From: Octopus vulgaris
Lineage: Eukaryota
DNA: 64,000 nucleotides
Reading direction: 5' to 3'
Assembly (NCBI GenBank): GCA_951406725.2
Contig: OX597820.1
Span: forward strand, 78,120,001 to 78,184,000
The position numbers were made by a program, and so were the translations under genes. Shown piece after piece: positions 13,575-28,277 of this stretch. Every line of letters begins with the position of its first letter. The first letter of the stretch is position 1. Below the pieces are notes generated by a model that was not told where the DNA came from, made no database searches, and worked only from the letters and a program-made list of their open reading frames with translations.

Positions 13575-14760
13575 GATTTACAGGTTCATGCTCAAAGTGG
13601 CTTCCTCACTCGCACGCACCATCTTTGCTACATTCACCTACCATTTTTTTTGAAACTTTCGCGAACAAAACCTGCCTCTCCATTCTCAACTTCCTTTTCA
13701 AGTAGTACTTGAAAAAGTTGATGAGCGATTGTCCAGAGAGGTAATTGTTTGTCTCTAATCCTTTTGCTCCAGTCCGCCACACACATTCTTTTACCATGGC
13801 CACCAGTATGATGAAAACTGCCTTGCCTCCCCGGTTGAGGGAAGGGGGCGGAGCAATTGCAACGACCGACTCAGCCAACAGGCGGACTCGTTCCACGCGT
13901 GACAGCAGCTGTTCGGCATAGGCCTACAGGTCTGAAATGGTTGGACACTGCATGTCGGTCCAGTGTGTCTCGAACCGTGCCTGTAGAGCTTATGCCGAAC
14001 AGGTAATGCTTCTCGATAGCACTGCTAGACCAGGGATCTTTGGTGATTGTCCATAGGTCCCGGCCCGAAAGTTGTCCTGAACAGGCGGGTCAGGTATTCC
14101 TCGTTGACGCCCAGATTCTTTCCGAGAACGTCGTCGCACCTCCCCTCGACTAATCCTCTATAGAACGCCTTTGTTGTAATGAAGTGGCACAAGTTTGGTT
14201 CTGAACAGCAGAGTCGCTTGAGAGCAACGCGACACTCGCGGTGCCATTCGCCTATCCTCGGTCTCTGTTTGATCTACGACTGTAGTTCGGTCAAAGAGAC
14301 GAGCTGCGGGAAAGCGCGTCGCACAAAAGGTGGTTACACCTGTTCACCGTCGTCTATGAAGCGCATGTCTGCACATCATCAACCACGGCATGCCTCGCCC
14401 ACCATTTCACGGGTGTTGACAGCAAATGGATCTCCAAACCATCGGAACACTTCCCGTCCGCAGGAAGCGGGAGAGTATACGTTCCAGTTTGGTGATGTGG
14501 GGATCGGGACAAGGCACGACGGTCAGACGGTACTCGATGATGGATGCGGTGTACGCGTCCGCCACCTCCGCCCGATATTTTAGGGATAGCTTTCTCTCAG
14601 CCCATCGCTGGGTGAGAGTGGCCACCCTAGTCATTATTTCGCCCCAGTTCTTCTCCATTAGGAGGTCCGGACGGAACCACACTCTGAGCAATTTAACCGG
14701 TCCGTCGGTCCAGTGTCCCACGATGGACACGTTCCCAATGCACTGATAGCTACTGGGATA
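13250..14760 (-). mobile_element. Tx1/L1-clade LINE, 5'-truncated, with 3' UTR
   Basis: EKNWGEIMTRV...WAERKLSLKYRA and [27 protein letters not shown]; C-terminal IILVAMVKECVW; ends in gtggccaataaagaaa next to degenerate GATA repeats. Confidence 0.85.
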
Positions 14761-14769
14761 AATTTTACC

Positions 14770-15937
14770 CGCACTTTCCATAGTCTATGTAATTCAATAG
14801 CTAGGTCCTGGTACTTTGCAATTTTTTCTATACTTCACATATTGTTTTATCATTTGGGACTGGCACTTTCTATTCTCTTTACCTACTAATACTAAATCAG
14901 GCCCTCTAGCTTCTATTACGCTGTCAGTTTGAATGTTAAACTCCCTGTCTTTTTGTTCGCTTTTAAGCTCCTCATTCTCTTGTCAGTCTAATACAGATAT
15001 GTGCTTCGAGAGAATATCTAACTCCGCCTGTATTCTTCTTTGCCACCATGAATTCTTTTCTTTTGTCACTCGCATTATATTTCGTTTTCTTGACATCAAC
15101 ACCCACATTTTCTACTACAACAATACTTGCTGCCTTGATCTAATTATGTGTTTCTATGTTCTGATGTGTTTCAGAATTTCATTCACATTTGTGCAAATAA
15201 TGTCGCTATCATTCCCCTGTAGCCTTACCTTTATTCTCTCGTAGATTGCCTTTAGCCCATCTGTCATGTCACCGTTAGTTTTATTGTCTTCTACCAAACC
15301 ATCCTCATGTCTCTCATCGAGAAATCTATCAATGTTCCTTTCCTGTGATTTGTTAGAGATTTTGCCTTTGTTTTCTGCTAAGAGATTACTTTTATCAGTA
15401 GGAACTGTATGTTCATCGTTTCTTCTGCTGCCGTTTTCCAATAACCATCTTTTGATAGCTTCTAGTTCTACTTCTCTGAACCAACGATTTTTTCTTATTC
15501 CTCTAATTTGATCACATAATCACTGTTCCATGAGTTGAAACAATCCTCTTTTCATACATTGATCATACATACGTTGTCGGTATACCCTAAGATGAACACA
15601 ATTTTTGTCTAAAGAGTTGCTCAGGTAGTAACATTCCATGAACACAGCATTAATTTGTTTGTTCCATCTACGCATCTACGCCGTGTGTGCTGGTCCCTTG
15701 TTCGAAAACGACAGGCTGGAGTCGGACCAGATTCTCTGAGCCTGCCGGGTGTAACACTGTCATCATCAAGGGCTTCAGTTTCATTACCACCGTTATTCAC
15801 AATATCTTGTTTTTTTTTCATTGTGACTCGTATGAGGTAGCGATTATCAGGTCGCGCAGTTACCAGTGTTTTTATTGTAACACCATCACTAGATGTATAA
15901 TCAATCAGAGCATAGAATTTACCAACCACTTCCTTTC
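14770..15937 (-). mobile_element. R4/Dong-clade LINE with a large internal deletion (5' region fused to REL domain)
   Basis: 15000-15790 aligns with 18070-18900 (KAIYERIKVRLQGNDSDII versus KAIYDRINVRLQENDSDII); 14780-14945 encodes EFNIQTDSVIEARGPDLVLV...KYQDLAIEL. Confidence 0.8.
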
Positions 15938-15946
15938 ATTATTATT

Positions 15947-16017
<71 letters not shown>

Positions 16018-16036
16018 CGTTGTTGTTGTTGTTATT
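15938..16036. repeat. (ATT)n/(GTT)n microsatellite between two Dong elements
   Basis: Direct inspection. Confidence 0.95.
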
Positions 16037-18900
16037 GCCTTCGAACACCTTCTAACGCTGGAGATGTACTACGGTATCCGCTGTTCACTACCAGTGAAAT
16101 AAGATAACACCTCCTATTTTTCGAGCACCTTCCGAGAGTAGTCGAGCGGCTCCAAGTAGTGCTGTTTTCTACAAGTGCTCTACCCTTATTGCAGCCCCTA
16201 TTTGTTCCACGTACTTCTCGAGATTTTTGCTCACTTTTCCCAGGGCTCCGACAATTATTGCTACTACTGCTACCTTTTTCCTCGACCACAACTGCTTAAC
16301 TTCCCAAGATAACCTGTCATATCTCTCAGTTATCCTTTCTTCCTTATCGCATACCTTGTCAGCTGGGCATGCTATGATTTTGATTTTGATTTTTCCAGTT
16401 TCAGCTTATGAGCTGTGGCCATCCAGCATATTTTGTTTTCTTTCTCAATTAAGACTATGACCGGCTTCCTCTTCTCAATCTCATGGTCGCAGTGAATCTT
16501 AAAATCTCATAGAATGTTTGCATTTCTATTTTCGACGATCCCTTTAGATTTGTGGTCGTACCAATTTTTGGCTACATACTTGTTGCAAAGTGTCCAATAG
16601 ACAAGCCTGGCTATATTGTCGTGACGTCTCTTATATTATCTCTGGGCTACTGGTAATATTCCATATGGCTTCATCGTTTTGTTCACAGATTCTGCTCTTA
16701 TCACTTTCTGATCTGCTGTCTATTCAGTATTTTGGGCAGCACAGAATAGAGCATCCGTTTCCGGTTTTAAATCACTTTTAGTCAGCCGCAGAAATGTTTT
16801 CACTCTGTCTGACTTATCTTCAACATCCCTATGAAATTGACCATACATTCTTTTCTTTACGCACCTATTTTCAGTTTCATTCGTTTGCAATTTCTTGTAT
16901 GGTGATTTATCTTTGCAATGTTTCATTCTACACACGCCTGACCTCCCTACTTCTACCATAAAGTTTGAGGTCACCCATGAATAAAAAATGTTTGACTTTT
17001 TGTTGGCGGATTTTGAATACATACCCAGTATTTGCTTTCCTGAGAATCAGTGTCAGTGGCATCAAGCACAGTACAAAGATGTGTGAGGTCAGGCAATTTC
17101 CATGGAAGATGTCTCTCTTAATTTCTACTCTCTCTAAACTTCCGTATGTTGTCAGGTCCATCCTCTAATACACCATACTTTTTCCAAGCAATCGCTCAAC
17201 ATTCAATGCAAACAGAAACAGGTTCATACACTCCATAATCCAAGAATGTGGGATCATATCGTACGCCTTACGATAATCGATCCATGACATGGCTGAGTTA
17301 CTTTTCCTCCTCTTGCAGTCTCTGAGTACGGTTTTATCTATCAGGAGGTGGTTCTTGGTACCTCTGCACTTACGTTTGTAGCCCTTCGGCTCATGTGGCA
17401 AGATTCCAATTTTTTCTCGATATTCGTACATTGACTCTCCGAGTATTCCAGTCAATAACTTCCACATAATTGGCAAACAGGATATCTGCCTGTATTTGTC
17501 TACCGTATTGCCTTTTTCGGTGTTTTTCAGGCACAGCACTGTCCTAACCAATGTCAACCGTTCCGGTGTTGCTGGGTTGGTATTTAACTAGGTGTTGGCT
17601 TGCGCAGCTATTCGTGCATGACATTTACCAAATCTTTTGGTCCAGTAGCCTTGACCTCCATCAGGTCCCGAAGCGTTCCAGCTGCTCATTTTTTTTTTTT
17701 TTGGAATGATTTCCTTTACTTCCCTAACTCAAATGAGTAGTTCTGTCGGTTTTGTACAGACTATTGTTTGTTTCAGTTCTTGCAAACATTCAGCATCCTT
17801 CTTGTGCTCCTTGTCATTGCTCCAGATGTCACTCTAAAAACTTTGACTTTCAATGATATCTCGCATCAACTTTTCATCTGTAAATCCTCCATTTATTCCT
17901 TTATAGAATCTCTTCTGATCTACTCTGAATAACCTATTCTGGTGGTAACCCTTCATTCTTTGGTCGTATCTTACCATCTTTGCTTTCTTTGCAACGAGGC
18001 ACTCTTTCAATTTCTCCGCTACTAATTTCACGCCCTTTCTTTCACTATCATACTTCCTTTTTAGCGCCCCCTGTATTTTTGTTCGCTTTTAAGCTCCAGT
18101 TCCTCTTTTCCGTCTAACATAGAGATGTCTTTCGAGAACAAGTCTAACCCTGCCTTGATTCTTTTTTCCACCATGGATATTTCCTTTTGCATTTTTCTTT
18201 TCTTATTCTTGACATCGGCACCCACATTTCTACAACAATACTTGCTGCCTTATTTGTTTCTGTGATGTTGTTTGCTTTGATGTATTTCAGAATTTCATTG
18301 ACACTTTTCGTATCTTGGTTCAGTTTCCATCGAACAACCTTGTTAAGGTTTCAAATAATGTCGCTATCGTTCTCCTGTAGTCTTACATTTATTCTGTCGT
18401 AGATTGCCTTTTGCTCATCTCTCATGTCGCTATTAGTTTTATCGTCTTCTATTAGATCATCAAGTAAGCTACCACTGCTCCTTTCTTGTGCTATGAGGAT
18501 ACTCTTATTAGTAAGATCTGTATTTTCATTCTTATCTATGCTGCTATAGTCCATGACCCGTCATTTGATACGTTCGAGGTCTACTTCAGTGAACAAGCAA
18601 TTTTTCCTTATTGCCGTAGCTTCATCACATATGTTCTGTTCTGTGAGTTGAAACATTCCCTTTTATCTCCAATGATCATACATACGTTGTCGGTAACCCC
18701 TAATTTGAGCACCATGTTCATCTACCGGGATGCTCAAGTAGTAACACTCCATGACCACAGCATTAATTTGCTTGCTCCATCTAAGTCGTGTGTGGTGGTC
18801 CCTTTCTGGATATCGACAGGCTGGAGCCGGAGCAGAATCACTGAGCCTACCGGGTGTAACACTGTCACCATCATGGGCTTCAGTTTCATTACCACCGATT
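16037..18900 (-). mobile_element. Near-complete but decayed R4/Dong-clade LINE
   Basis: RT motifs [32 protein letters not shown] and HFLFMGDLKLYG; KPETDALFCAAQ; CCHC and REL remnants; many stops, frameshifts and deletions. Confidence 0.9.
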
Positions 18901-18920
18901 GGGTACTCACATACACAATC

Positions 18921-18983
<63 letters not shown>

Positions 18984-18984
<1 letters not shown>

Positions 18985-19255
18985 AATATGAATATGTGAC
19001 AGTTATTCGGTTGCCATAATAAAAGTCCGAGTTTAGGATGTCGAGGCGGAAATCTGCTCCGCCACCTCGTCAGTTATTAAGATGTCTTAATATCTGACGA
19101 GTTGCCGGAGCAGATTTCCGCCCCGCCATCTGAAATTGGGAGTGTTATTATACCAAACGCATAATTGTCACATATCATATATTACAGATAATTTCCTCCA
19201 TTTACATTATATCGCGGTCTCCTTCATTCTTTTGTTGTCATACTATTACTGTTAA
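18984..19255. mobile_element. Penelope-like terminal repeat in inverted (palindromic) arrangement, with a hammerhead-like motif
   Basis: Arms of ~95 bp centred on ttaagatgtcttaa (19077-19090); CTGACGA...GAAA core; the same sequence follows Penelope-like RT coding sequence at 61025-61195. Confidence 0.7.
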
Positions 19256-21391
19256 TATATATATATATATATACATGCATACATACATACATACATACAT
19301 ACATACATACATACATACATGCGTACACACACATGCATGCATATACATACATACATACATACATAATACATACATACATACATACATACATACGTATATC
19401 AGTTTGTACGTATTCATGTTGCTGTATCAACGTCTCTTGTCCATCAGTCAGAAAGAGGTCAAACTATCGACCAGTCCTTTACCATAGCCATGAATTATAT
19501 TAATTGTGGATAGTCGAAAAATGTATATACCGGGCCTCCACAAAGTTCGACATTATCTAGCTTTCTAACGATATTGTTTGTGAACATTACACTAAAGATA
19601 TCTCATCTAGGTGTATATATTTTGGATGGTCAGCACGCTGTTGTATGGCAAAATAATGGGATCAATGTGTTTCGCCAACGGAACCTGACAAGAATTTTGC
19701 ACATAAATTCGACTGGACGATTCACAAACAACGACACGCATGCCGATATGCAGCCCTATCACTTATTCTTCCCAAAACGAGCCTTCGTTAGAACTGTGTA
19801 TACCTCGAACTATAGTTTCAGAATTCGGCGCCCAATACTTGATATTCCTGATATTATTAAGAAATTATTTTTCCTAGTTTCTCTCACTTTCGCCCAATCA
19901 TAATATGTCTAAATGCATCATTCACAGATTTTAAACGAGTACCACCTTTGTATGTAAGATATTGAATTGTCTTGCAATTTAATTGAATCGCTTTAACGCT
20001 TCTCTCAAATATCCGTGGCCGTTAGCTTAATTGCTGTGTATTTCATCTCTGCAGAATACTTTTACGAGTATGCGTGCAACAAGAGATGGACAATTATATC
20101 ACAGATCACAGAATTGTCACGAAAAGCTGTCAAATTTTGAAATTTCTCTTTTTCAAATAGGGAAGGTGTAGACTCCATAACATAAAGCTGGATGCAACAT
20201 TGCTGGGGAAATAATAGGAATCTCACGAACAGAACGTTTTTAATCATACGTCATCTGCATCAGAACTACTTCTGGGATCAATAACAACAAAAGCAACTTT
20301 ATTAGTTGTAAAGCTATGAGAAGATTAACGTCATTGAATTTTTAAACTAATTATATTTATAAATTTAATTAAATAGACTCAATGAAAAATTGAAATTATG
20401 TTACAAAATTTCTCGTCATATATCATTTTGTATTATACCTGTTGCTATTTATATGTTAAACATTTATTACATGAAAGGTATTTTATAATAGCTCGCGTTA
20501 CTTCGACCATTCAACATGCATTGATTAAAGAAATCGAAAACCTCTTTTATACTGAATACAAAACTTTGAAATTAAATTAGCCTATCTGATTATTTCCTCT
20601 ACCGTCTCCTTTCATACGGCATTTATTTTAAATTTCCGGTCATCTATCATATGTATCCATAAAGAGAGTAATTATATTCGTCGGATTCTTTATTATGTTC
20701 TAATATTAATATCAGTGAATAGCATTTTATAGTTAAAATGCTGATCAACTGACTTGATTTTTCACTTCTTTTGATTGAATCTTACATCCATATCGACTTA
20801 TCTTAATACCAATCTCAACATCGCAATTCTTTGCTATGGTAGTCACTTTATATTCAACGTCAATTCTCCCACGCCTGTTATGGTTGTGTGAAATGTTTGT
20901 TGTGGGTTACGTCTGAAGAACAGTGACAATTATTAGTTAGAAAATCTCTTTCGGCATTCACTTCTTTGGGTTTCTTTGGCTTCTTTTCATGTCACGAGTC
21001 TCTTAATGCCGGAAACTTAACACGCGCCTTGTCTTTCCGCCTTTGACGTAGTGTTAAAAATGTGTGACACGGTGTTAATTTGGAATATTGCAGTGAGTCA
21101 GAATGAGATTTTTTTCCTGGTTAAATACCATGTTTTGCTTTACAAATAATCCATATTCAAAAGTGTATGTTCTCCGCATTAAGCATTGGATTCTGATAAA
21201 TATGTTCCACACAAAGAAGAATCAACTGAAGCTTCCTGCAAAAATCTAAATTTAAAATTATGTTTATAGGTGCGATCACATGGTCATATGACATCTGATG
21301 AAGTGTAGGTTTGAAGATTAATTTGTAAATGGAGTTTGATAAGATGAAACTGTACGGAAGGTTGTATACAAATTCAATAAAGATCACTAAA

Positions 21392-21779
21392 GTAGTAGGA
21401 GCACTCCGTCGGTTGCGACGATGAGGGTCCCAGCTGATACGATCAACAGAACAGCTTGCTCGTGATATTAACGTGCAAGTGGCTGAGCACTCCACAGACA
21501 CGTGTACCCTTAGCGTAGTTCTCGAGGAGATTCAGCGTGAGACAGAGTGTGACAAGGCTGGCCCTTTGAAATACAGGTACAAGAGAAACAGGAAGAAAGA
21601 GCGAGAGAAGGTTGTGGTGAAAGAGTACAGCAGGGTTCACCACCACCCCCTGCCGGAGCCTCGTGGAGCTTAAGGTGTTTTCGCTCAACAAACACTCACA
21701 ATGCCCGGTCTGGGAATCGAAACCGCGATCCTCCGACCGCGAGTCCGCTGCCCTAACCACTGGGCCATTGCGCCTCCAC
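21392..21779 (-). mobile_element. tRNA-derived SINE family C, full length, with a 13-bp target-site duplication
   Basis: Head ggcgcaatggcccagtggttagggcagcggactcgcggtcggaggatcgcggtttcgattccc (A and B boxes); aaagatcactaaa at 21379-21391 and 21780-21792; second copy at 39969. Confidence 0.92.
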
Positions 21780-22968
21780 AAAGATCACTAAAACCCTATG
21801 TGCAGATGCAATGCCAGCTGCATCAGAAGAACATTTTTAAGCGTGGCATAAAATTGTGCAACAGTTGCCATAGCTACAAACGTAAGTAAGCCATGCACAC
21901 CCACACGCAAGACCACCGCAAATAATAGACCCAGAAATGCCATTTTCCCCCTATTAATCATCACGCCCGCCAATTATACTGCTAATTATTAGAGCCTCTT
22001 TTCAAACGCAAAATTGAGTTCCCGTGGTATCATTCTGCATGCAATCAAACAATACGCATTGCACTTACAGAAACACTTGTACCTGGATACATAAATGCGG
22101 TGATACAAATACCAATGGAAGCAGTGTTCCGTATAGTCAGAAGAGAAAAAGCTGTGAAATAGTAATGTACGTCACTGGAGACGTCACACCATTATTCCTG
22201 CTGTCACATTCAAACTCTGTTTATGTTACACTCCCAATACATTTAAAGCAACCTGATGTGGTAATATGCACATTATCTCATCTACCCGATGCACTCAAAT
22301 CACAATGGCAAATTTGAGGAAGGTGTTAAAAGACAAACGAAGTGCTAACAAAACTAGATCTCTGCATTAATGTACGGATGGGTTAATTTGAACTTCCCTT
22401 ATATCAGATAGCTGGCTGGTGGCATAATCTCAGGACTGACATAGAAAGAGCGCAGTCAAGCAGAATCTGTATTTGATCTCATGAAAATTATATCGAAACA
22501 GCATGAATGAAAGTTACTTTGGGAGTTGTTACTTATTACACTTCACATTACTGAAGAAGTGAACAATGGGGTGATCTAACCAGAGTGGTCTGTTATTCTA
22601 AGATAACTTTGAGTTCTAGCCACAAAGTTATTAAGCGTCCCCAGATTTCTACGATTCTAATGATGGATATTTTGATGTTACGCTAGTTGTGGCTTATTTT
22701 ATTATTTTTCCAGGGTACACATATCCTCTAGTCAAGCTTGGCAATTGTTCGAAGTCACCATAAAAAATGTTTTTCGGTCCCATATTGAATCAATCTTAAC
22801 TTATACATTTATAAATATTTAATTTAATATTTCTTACACCCACCCACCCACATACACACGAATGCGCATATAAATATATACGGATAGATATACGTGTTTA
22901 TATATAATGTATATGTGTATATGTATGTATGCATGCATGTATCTCTCTCTCTCTCTCTCACACACACA

Positions 22969-23006
<38 letters not shown>

Positions 23007-23108
23007 GTAGACATATATATGTATATATATTTATATAACTCTCCTCGTAACTCTCTACTACACATATTGGTATATAAACTTCTATATGTTACACAGATGC
23101 ACATATAC

Positions 23109-23185
<77 letters not shown>

Positions 23186-24437
23186 TGTGTGTGTGTGTAT
23201 GTCTGTGTGTGTGTGTATGTCTGTGTGTGTGTCTGTGTGTATATGAAATATTCATACACGCACACACGTACATATAAATGGATATAGACATAGACATATA
23301 TACACACGGCTTTCATATTTTACACGATTCAGTCGATACTTGTATAATGCTTTCTCCGAATCTAATATATCGATTGAATAAGAAAGAGAAAAAGAATAAA
23401 CTGAACACAATCGACTACTTCCTGATTCCAATTCGGAAACTATAGCGATGCATCTAAATATAACATATATAAAACAAACAATGCAGGATCAAACACATTC
23501 AATAATCAGATATTGAACTACTAATCAAATATATAAAACAATATCAAACGCCGCTTTCTCTTTTTTCAGAGCAAAATGGCCAGTCGCTTTTTTTATGTGA
23601 AGCAACGAAACGAAAACAACATTTAAACAAAACTAACGAAACATTAAACTCCCCAGCGTTGTAACAGGAAAAGATAAAGTCGGTCTTTGAGTTGTAGCTG
23701 TATTTAATTTGTATTTAATCGTCCTAATTGAAAGTCATCTGTCGTCTGGAGGAAAGTAAATTCGATGTAAATTAATTACAAATGAAGAACAAATATCAAG
23801 TAAAAGATGAAAATATCAGAAAAAATTTACCAATGTATTCTTGGTTGTTTTGCCACAAAAAAGGAACGAGAAGACTTATGTCATTTATATTCTTTTGATA
23901 CTAGAATGGCGCGAAGAATGAAATATCGCGAAAAAAAATATAACGACTATAAAATTTACGAGAAAAAGCTGAAATGTTATAAATTGAAATATAAAAAGAC
24001 AATGTAGTTGAACAAAATCTAATCAAAGAACCAGTATTCGGAAGATGTTGGAAATAATAAACACTAGATGTTGGAAATGAATCTGGTTGTTATCAAAACG
24101 AGATAGAAAGAAGAAGAGAAGAAAAGAGAGACAGAGAAAAAAGTAAGAAAGTAAGATTAGTAGATGAGAGAAAGGTAATTTGAGATATTGTAAAGACAAT
24201 GAATGATAAATCGGGAAAGAAATGGAATCAATTTCTGATTGACAATAAAGCTTGAGGCTGGGAGAGAAGCAAAGAAGAAAAAAACCCATAAAAATGAATA
24301 AGGGTGATTGGTGATTGATTAGAAAAGAGGAAGACATTAAGAAATTGAATGAGAAACAGAAAAAAAATGGATATATAAGATTAGACATACCAGAGTAAGA
24401 AGAAGAAGGAGAGAGTGGGATGTGAATGCGCATTGCC

Positions 24438-24491
<54 letters not shown>

Positions 24492-24884
24492 TGTACTTAT
24501 ATGTGTGTGCGTGTGTGTGTGTGTGAGTGTACGTATGTATGTATGTATGTATGTAGGTATGTATGTGAGTGTGTGTGTGTTTATGTGTGTGTGTGTGGAG
24601 AAAGGGAGAGGGACATAGAGAAATAGAAAGATCGATAGATCAATCGGCTGATTGATTGATATACATACCCGCAAGCCAGTATATAGCTCGGTAGAATGAA
24701 CCATGCTCTTGGTTATTGCTTCAGCTGCCTGGATTGATTGTGAACTTATCTCGTCTTGATGTCTTTCTTTTGTCTTTCCTAATTTATATTTTGTTCTTCG
24801 TTTCGCATTACACTCAGATATACACACACTCAGGCGCACACACACACACACACACGCGCGCGCGTGGGTCTGTCTTTGTATAAA

Positions 24885-24900
24885 TATATGTATATACATA

Positions 24901-24955
<55 letters not shown>

Positions 24956-24957
24956 GT

Positions 24958-25003
<46 letters not shown>

Positions 25004-25020
25004 GTATATATATACATACT

Positions 25021-25054
<34 letters not shown>

Positions 25055-25059
25055 CTATA

Positions 25060-25093
<34 letters not shown>

Positions 25094-25094
25094 C

Positions 25095-25145
<51 letters not shown>

Positions 25146-25176
25146 TTATTATATATATATATATACATATATATAC

Positions 25177-25254
<78 letters not shown>

Positions 25255-25266
25255 TATATATATATG

Positions 25267-25315
<49 letters not shown>

Positions 25316-25320
25316 GTGCA
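24885..25320. repeat. (AT)n microsatellite, ~430 bp
   Basis: Direct inspection. Confidence 0.95.
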
Positions 25321-25457
25321 TACATACAAACATACATCAGTGTGAGTGTAAATATAATATGAATTATATACATGTATATATATGTAAAAATGCATTAATA
25401 ATAGGAAGTCGAGTTCCTCAGAATTAAATGTGGTTTCTTCATTCATGTATTAACACA

Positions 25458-25872
25458 GCAGGAGTGGCAGTATGGTGAGTAGCTTGTTTACCAATCACAT
25501 GGTTCCGTGTTCATTCCCACTGCGTGGCACCTTGGGCAAGTGTCTTCTACTATATAGCCTCGGGCCGACCAAAACCCTGTGAGTGAATTTGGTAGACGGA
25601 AACTGCAAGAAGCCCGTCGTATATATATGCACATATATATATGCATGCGTGTGTATATGTTTCTGTGTCTGTGTTTGTCCTCCCAACATCGCTTGACAAC
25701 CGATGCTGGTGTGTTTACGTCCCCCGTAATTTAGCGGTTCGGCAAAAGCGTCCGATAGAGTAAGTACTGGACTTCCAAAGAATATGTCCTGAGGTCGATT
25801 TGCTCGACTAAAGGCGGTGCTCCAGCATAGCCGCAATCAAATGACTAAGACAAGTAGAAGTGTAAAAAAGTA
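25458..25872 (+). mobile_element. tRNA-derived SINE family B, full length, with an internal microsatellite
   Basis: Head gcaggagtggcagtatggtgagtagcttg...ggttccgtgttcattcccactgcgtggcaccttgggcaagtg (CORE-like ccttgggcaagt); multiple copies in the window. Confidence 0.88.
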
Positions 25873-27058
25873 TACAAAGATAACTGTTTGTAAACGTGTA
25901 TGTTTTCTACTATACTTCGCCGTTGTTTGTGTATACGTCTATTTGAAGTTATTCCTGCAGTGTGTATGTGTATGTGATTGACATATCTGCGAAAAAAACA
26001 CGCCTTTCACAATACATAAATTTTATACATTTTACAGAATGAACTCGATATGCTGTCGTTTCTCTACACCCAAAGAGAATTGATTCCAATATCATAAAAA
26101 TTTCAACTTTATTTTTACATCTCATATCCTACGTCTGTCCTCCAGGGTATGTGTCTATCTTTCATTCAGTTCGAATTTGTTTCGTGTTGGAACACGATTA
26201 ATCAATGATCTGCGTATGTTTAGGTACAAGAGAATTTATACACCAAGCTTCTAGAAATAAAACTGTGGCTCAATATATAAGACATATTCTTATCTTAAAA
26301 TATATACTTTGACCTTTTTTTAACTTCACTCGGTTTGCATTATATTTACATATTTATTTAAGTCCCAAGCCTATTTATTACTAGAGACTGCTCTGAGAAT
26401 ATATTTACGTTTTATATAGCGTGGTACTGATATACACATGTGTATGTGTATGCATTTACATATATATACATATGTGAGATATATGTACGAGTGCTTATAT
26501 CTATAGTTTATGCACTTGTGTATAATATTTATGACACTTCCTATTGTAAATCATGGCGATATATATTTTATATTTGGAATATTTTGCAACACGCCAGTGA
26601 GTTACTGTACATAATATAAATAAATGTAAGTGTTGCCATCTTTGTGTTATACGAATACAGTAATTGTTATTATATTTTTACTGCTTTCTATCATATAGAT
26701 ATTGATGATGGTCTTAGATTTTATATACGAATTTGTTGTTATATATTTATTTTCCTCCAAAACTTCCCCAAACAATACTGTCGCATATCATATCCGGGTA
26801 GCATCAATAAAAGCTAAAACGTTTCTAAAGAAGGTTCTTATAAGGAAATATTAAACATTATTGACTTTTATTATAGCATCGATTTTCATACATTTTATCA
26901 TAGCAGTCTGCGTTTTGATAAAGTATTTGTTAGGATTGTGTTTTAGTGCTATTATTTGTGAATACTGGGATAGCTATAGGCAATAAGCATTTTGAAAATC
27001 CTTACGTATTACATATAACGTGGTGTCGCTCAGTTTAAGGTTACAAGTATATGGATAA

Positions 27059-27300
27059 GTAAAGTTAATCACCACGACAATATGGCTGGTCGACATTACT
27101 ACCGTTTTAACACCGGGCGGATCCAGCTGCACCCTGTATATATTGCAAGCAGGGAAGCGAACCCCTACCGTTCTCCAGCAGATTCTCCCCTGCTTCTAAT
27201 ATATAGAGGGTGTAGCTGAACCTATAACCAGCTGGTGGAAGATCTGCCTGGGGTTAAAACGGTACTAACATCGAACATTGATGTGGCGATTAACTTTATT
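27059..27300. mobile_element. Palindromic MITE-like element, ~240 bp
   Basis: Nested inverted pairs aaagttaatcacca/tggcgattaacttt, taccgttttaacaccgggcggatc/gatctgcctggggttaaaacggta and cagctgcaccctgtatatatt/aatatatagagggtgtagctg. Confidence 0.75.
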
Positions 27301-28111
27301 TGTTAGTATAGCTACTTCTCTCATCTCTTATCGAGATTTCATAACTGACTACTTTGCTAGTATATGGATCATTAACTATTAATTAATACCGGTTATTAAA
27401 GCCTGATATACGCTAGATATAATGAATAACATATTTACTCCTTTCAATTGTGTAATTATATAAGCGAATTGCAATTAGCATAATGAAGTTATGTATAGTA
27501 TTAATAAACCCACAGAAATGAACATCATTTAAAGACCATTCTACGAAAAACGATTTTGATATTAATATTCATTATTTTAATTTCCCAAGATATTAATAAC
27601 CATGTGATTATATCATCTGAACTTTATCCTTAGAGAGGTGATTGACAATTGTCCAACCTCATAACATGAAATAGACGCTTCGAGGTTTCACTTGCTTACG
27701 GTGTTTCCTCAGCAACTGTAGGATACCATGCTGATGTATCCTGAAAGAAACACGTGACTATTTTATCTTCTTCGGTGAGAGCAACTGTGCGGATAGTGAA
27801 AAGTAGGGGCCAGATATTTTCGGCGTCCGTCGATAATGAAGGAGAAAACGAACGATGCCGGTATTTCGCTTGATGTTCGATAGAAGTATTACATCCATAT
27901 TAAATTCAATACCAAAACTTCAACGGAACTACTTTGGGCTTACAGGATGCGTTTCACCAAAAGTTTGCGGTCCTTCCCGCAAAGCAAATTAAATAAAATT
28001 TGCGGAGGGTTAAAATACAGGACAGTAAAAACAATACAAGACAGTAAAAATACAAATAAAAACAGTAAACGACATGACAAGTAGAATAACAGTAATACGA
28101 ACGTTAAGGGT

Positions 28112-28239
<128 letters not shown>

Positions 28240-28277
28240 CAACATACAAACACGCACACATATATATATATATATGC

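Noticed and set aside
21700-21779. tRNA-like sequences (also 39969, 49425, 35875, 25458)
   Set aside because: They are heads of dispersed SINEs with no proper acceptor stem and continue into SINE bodies; not called as tRNA genes.
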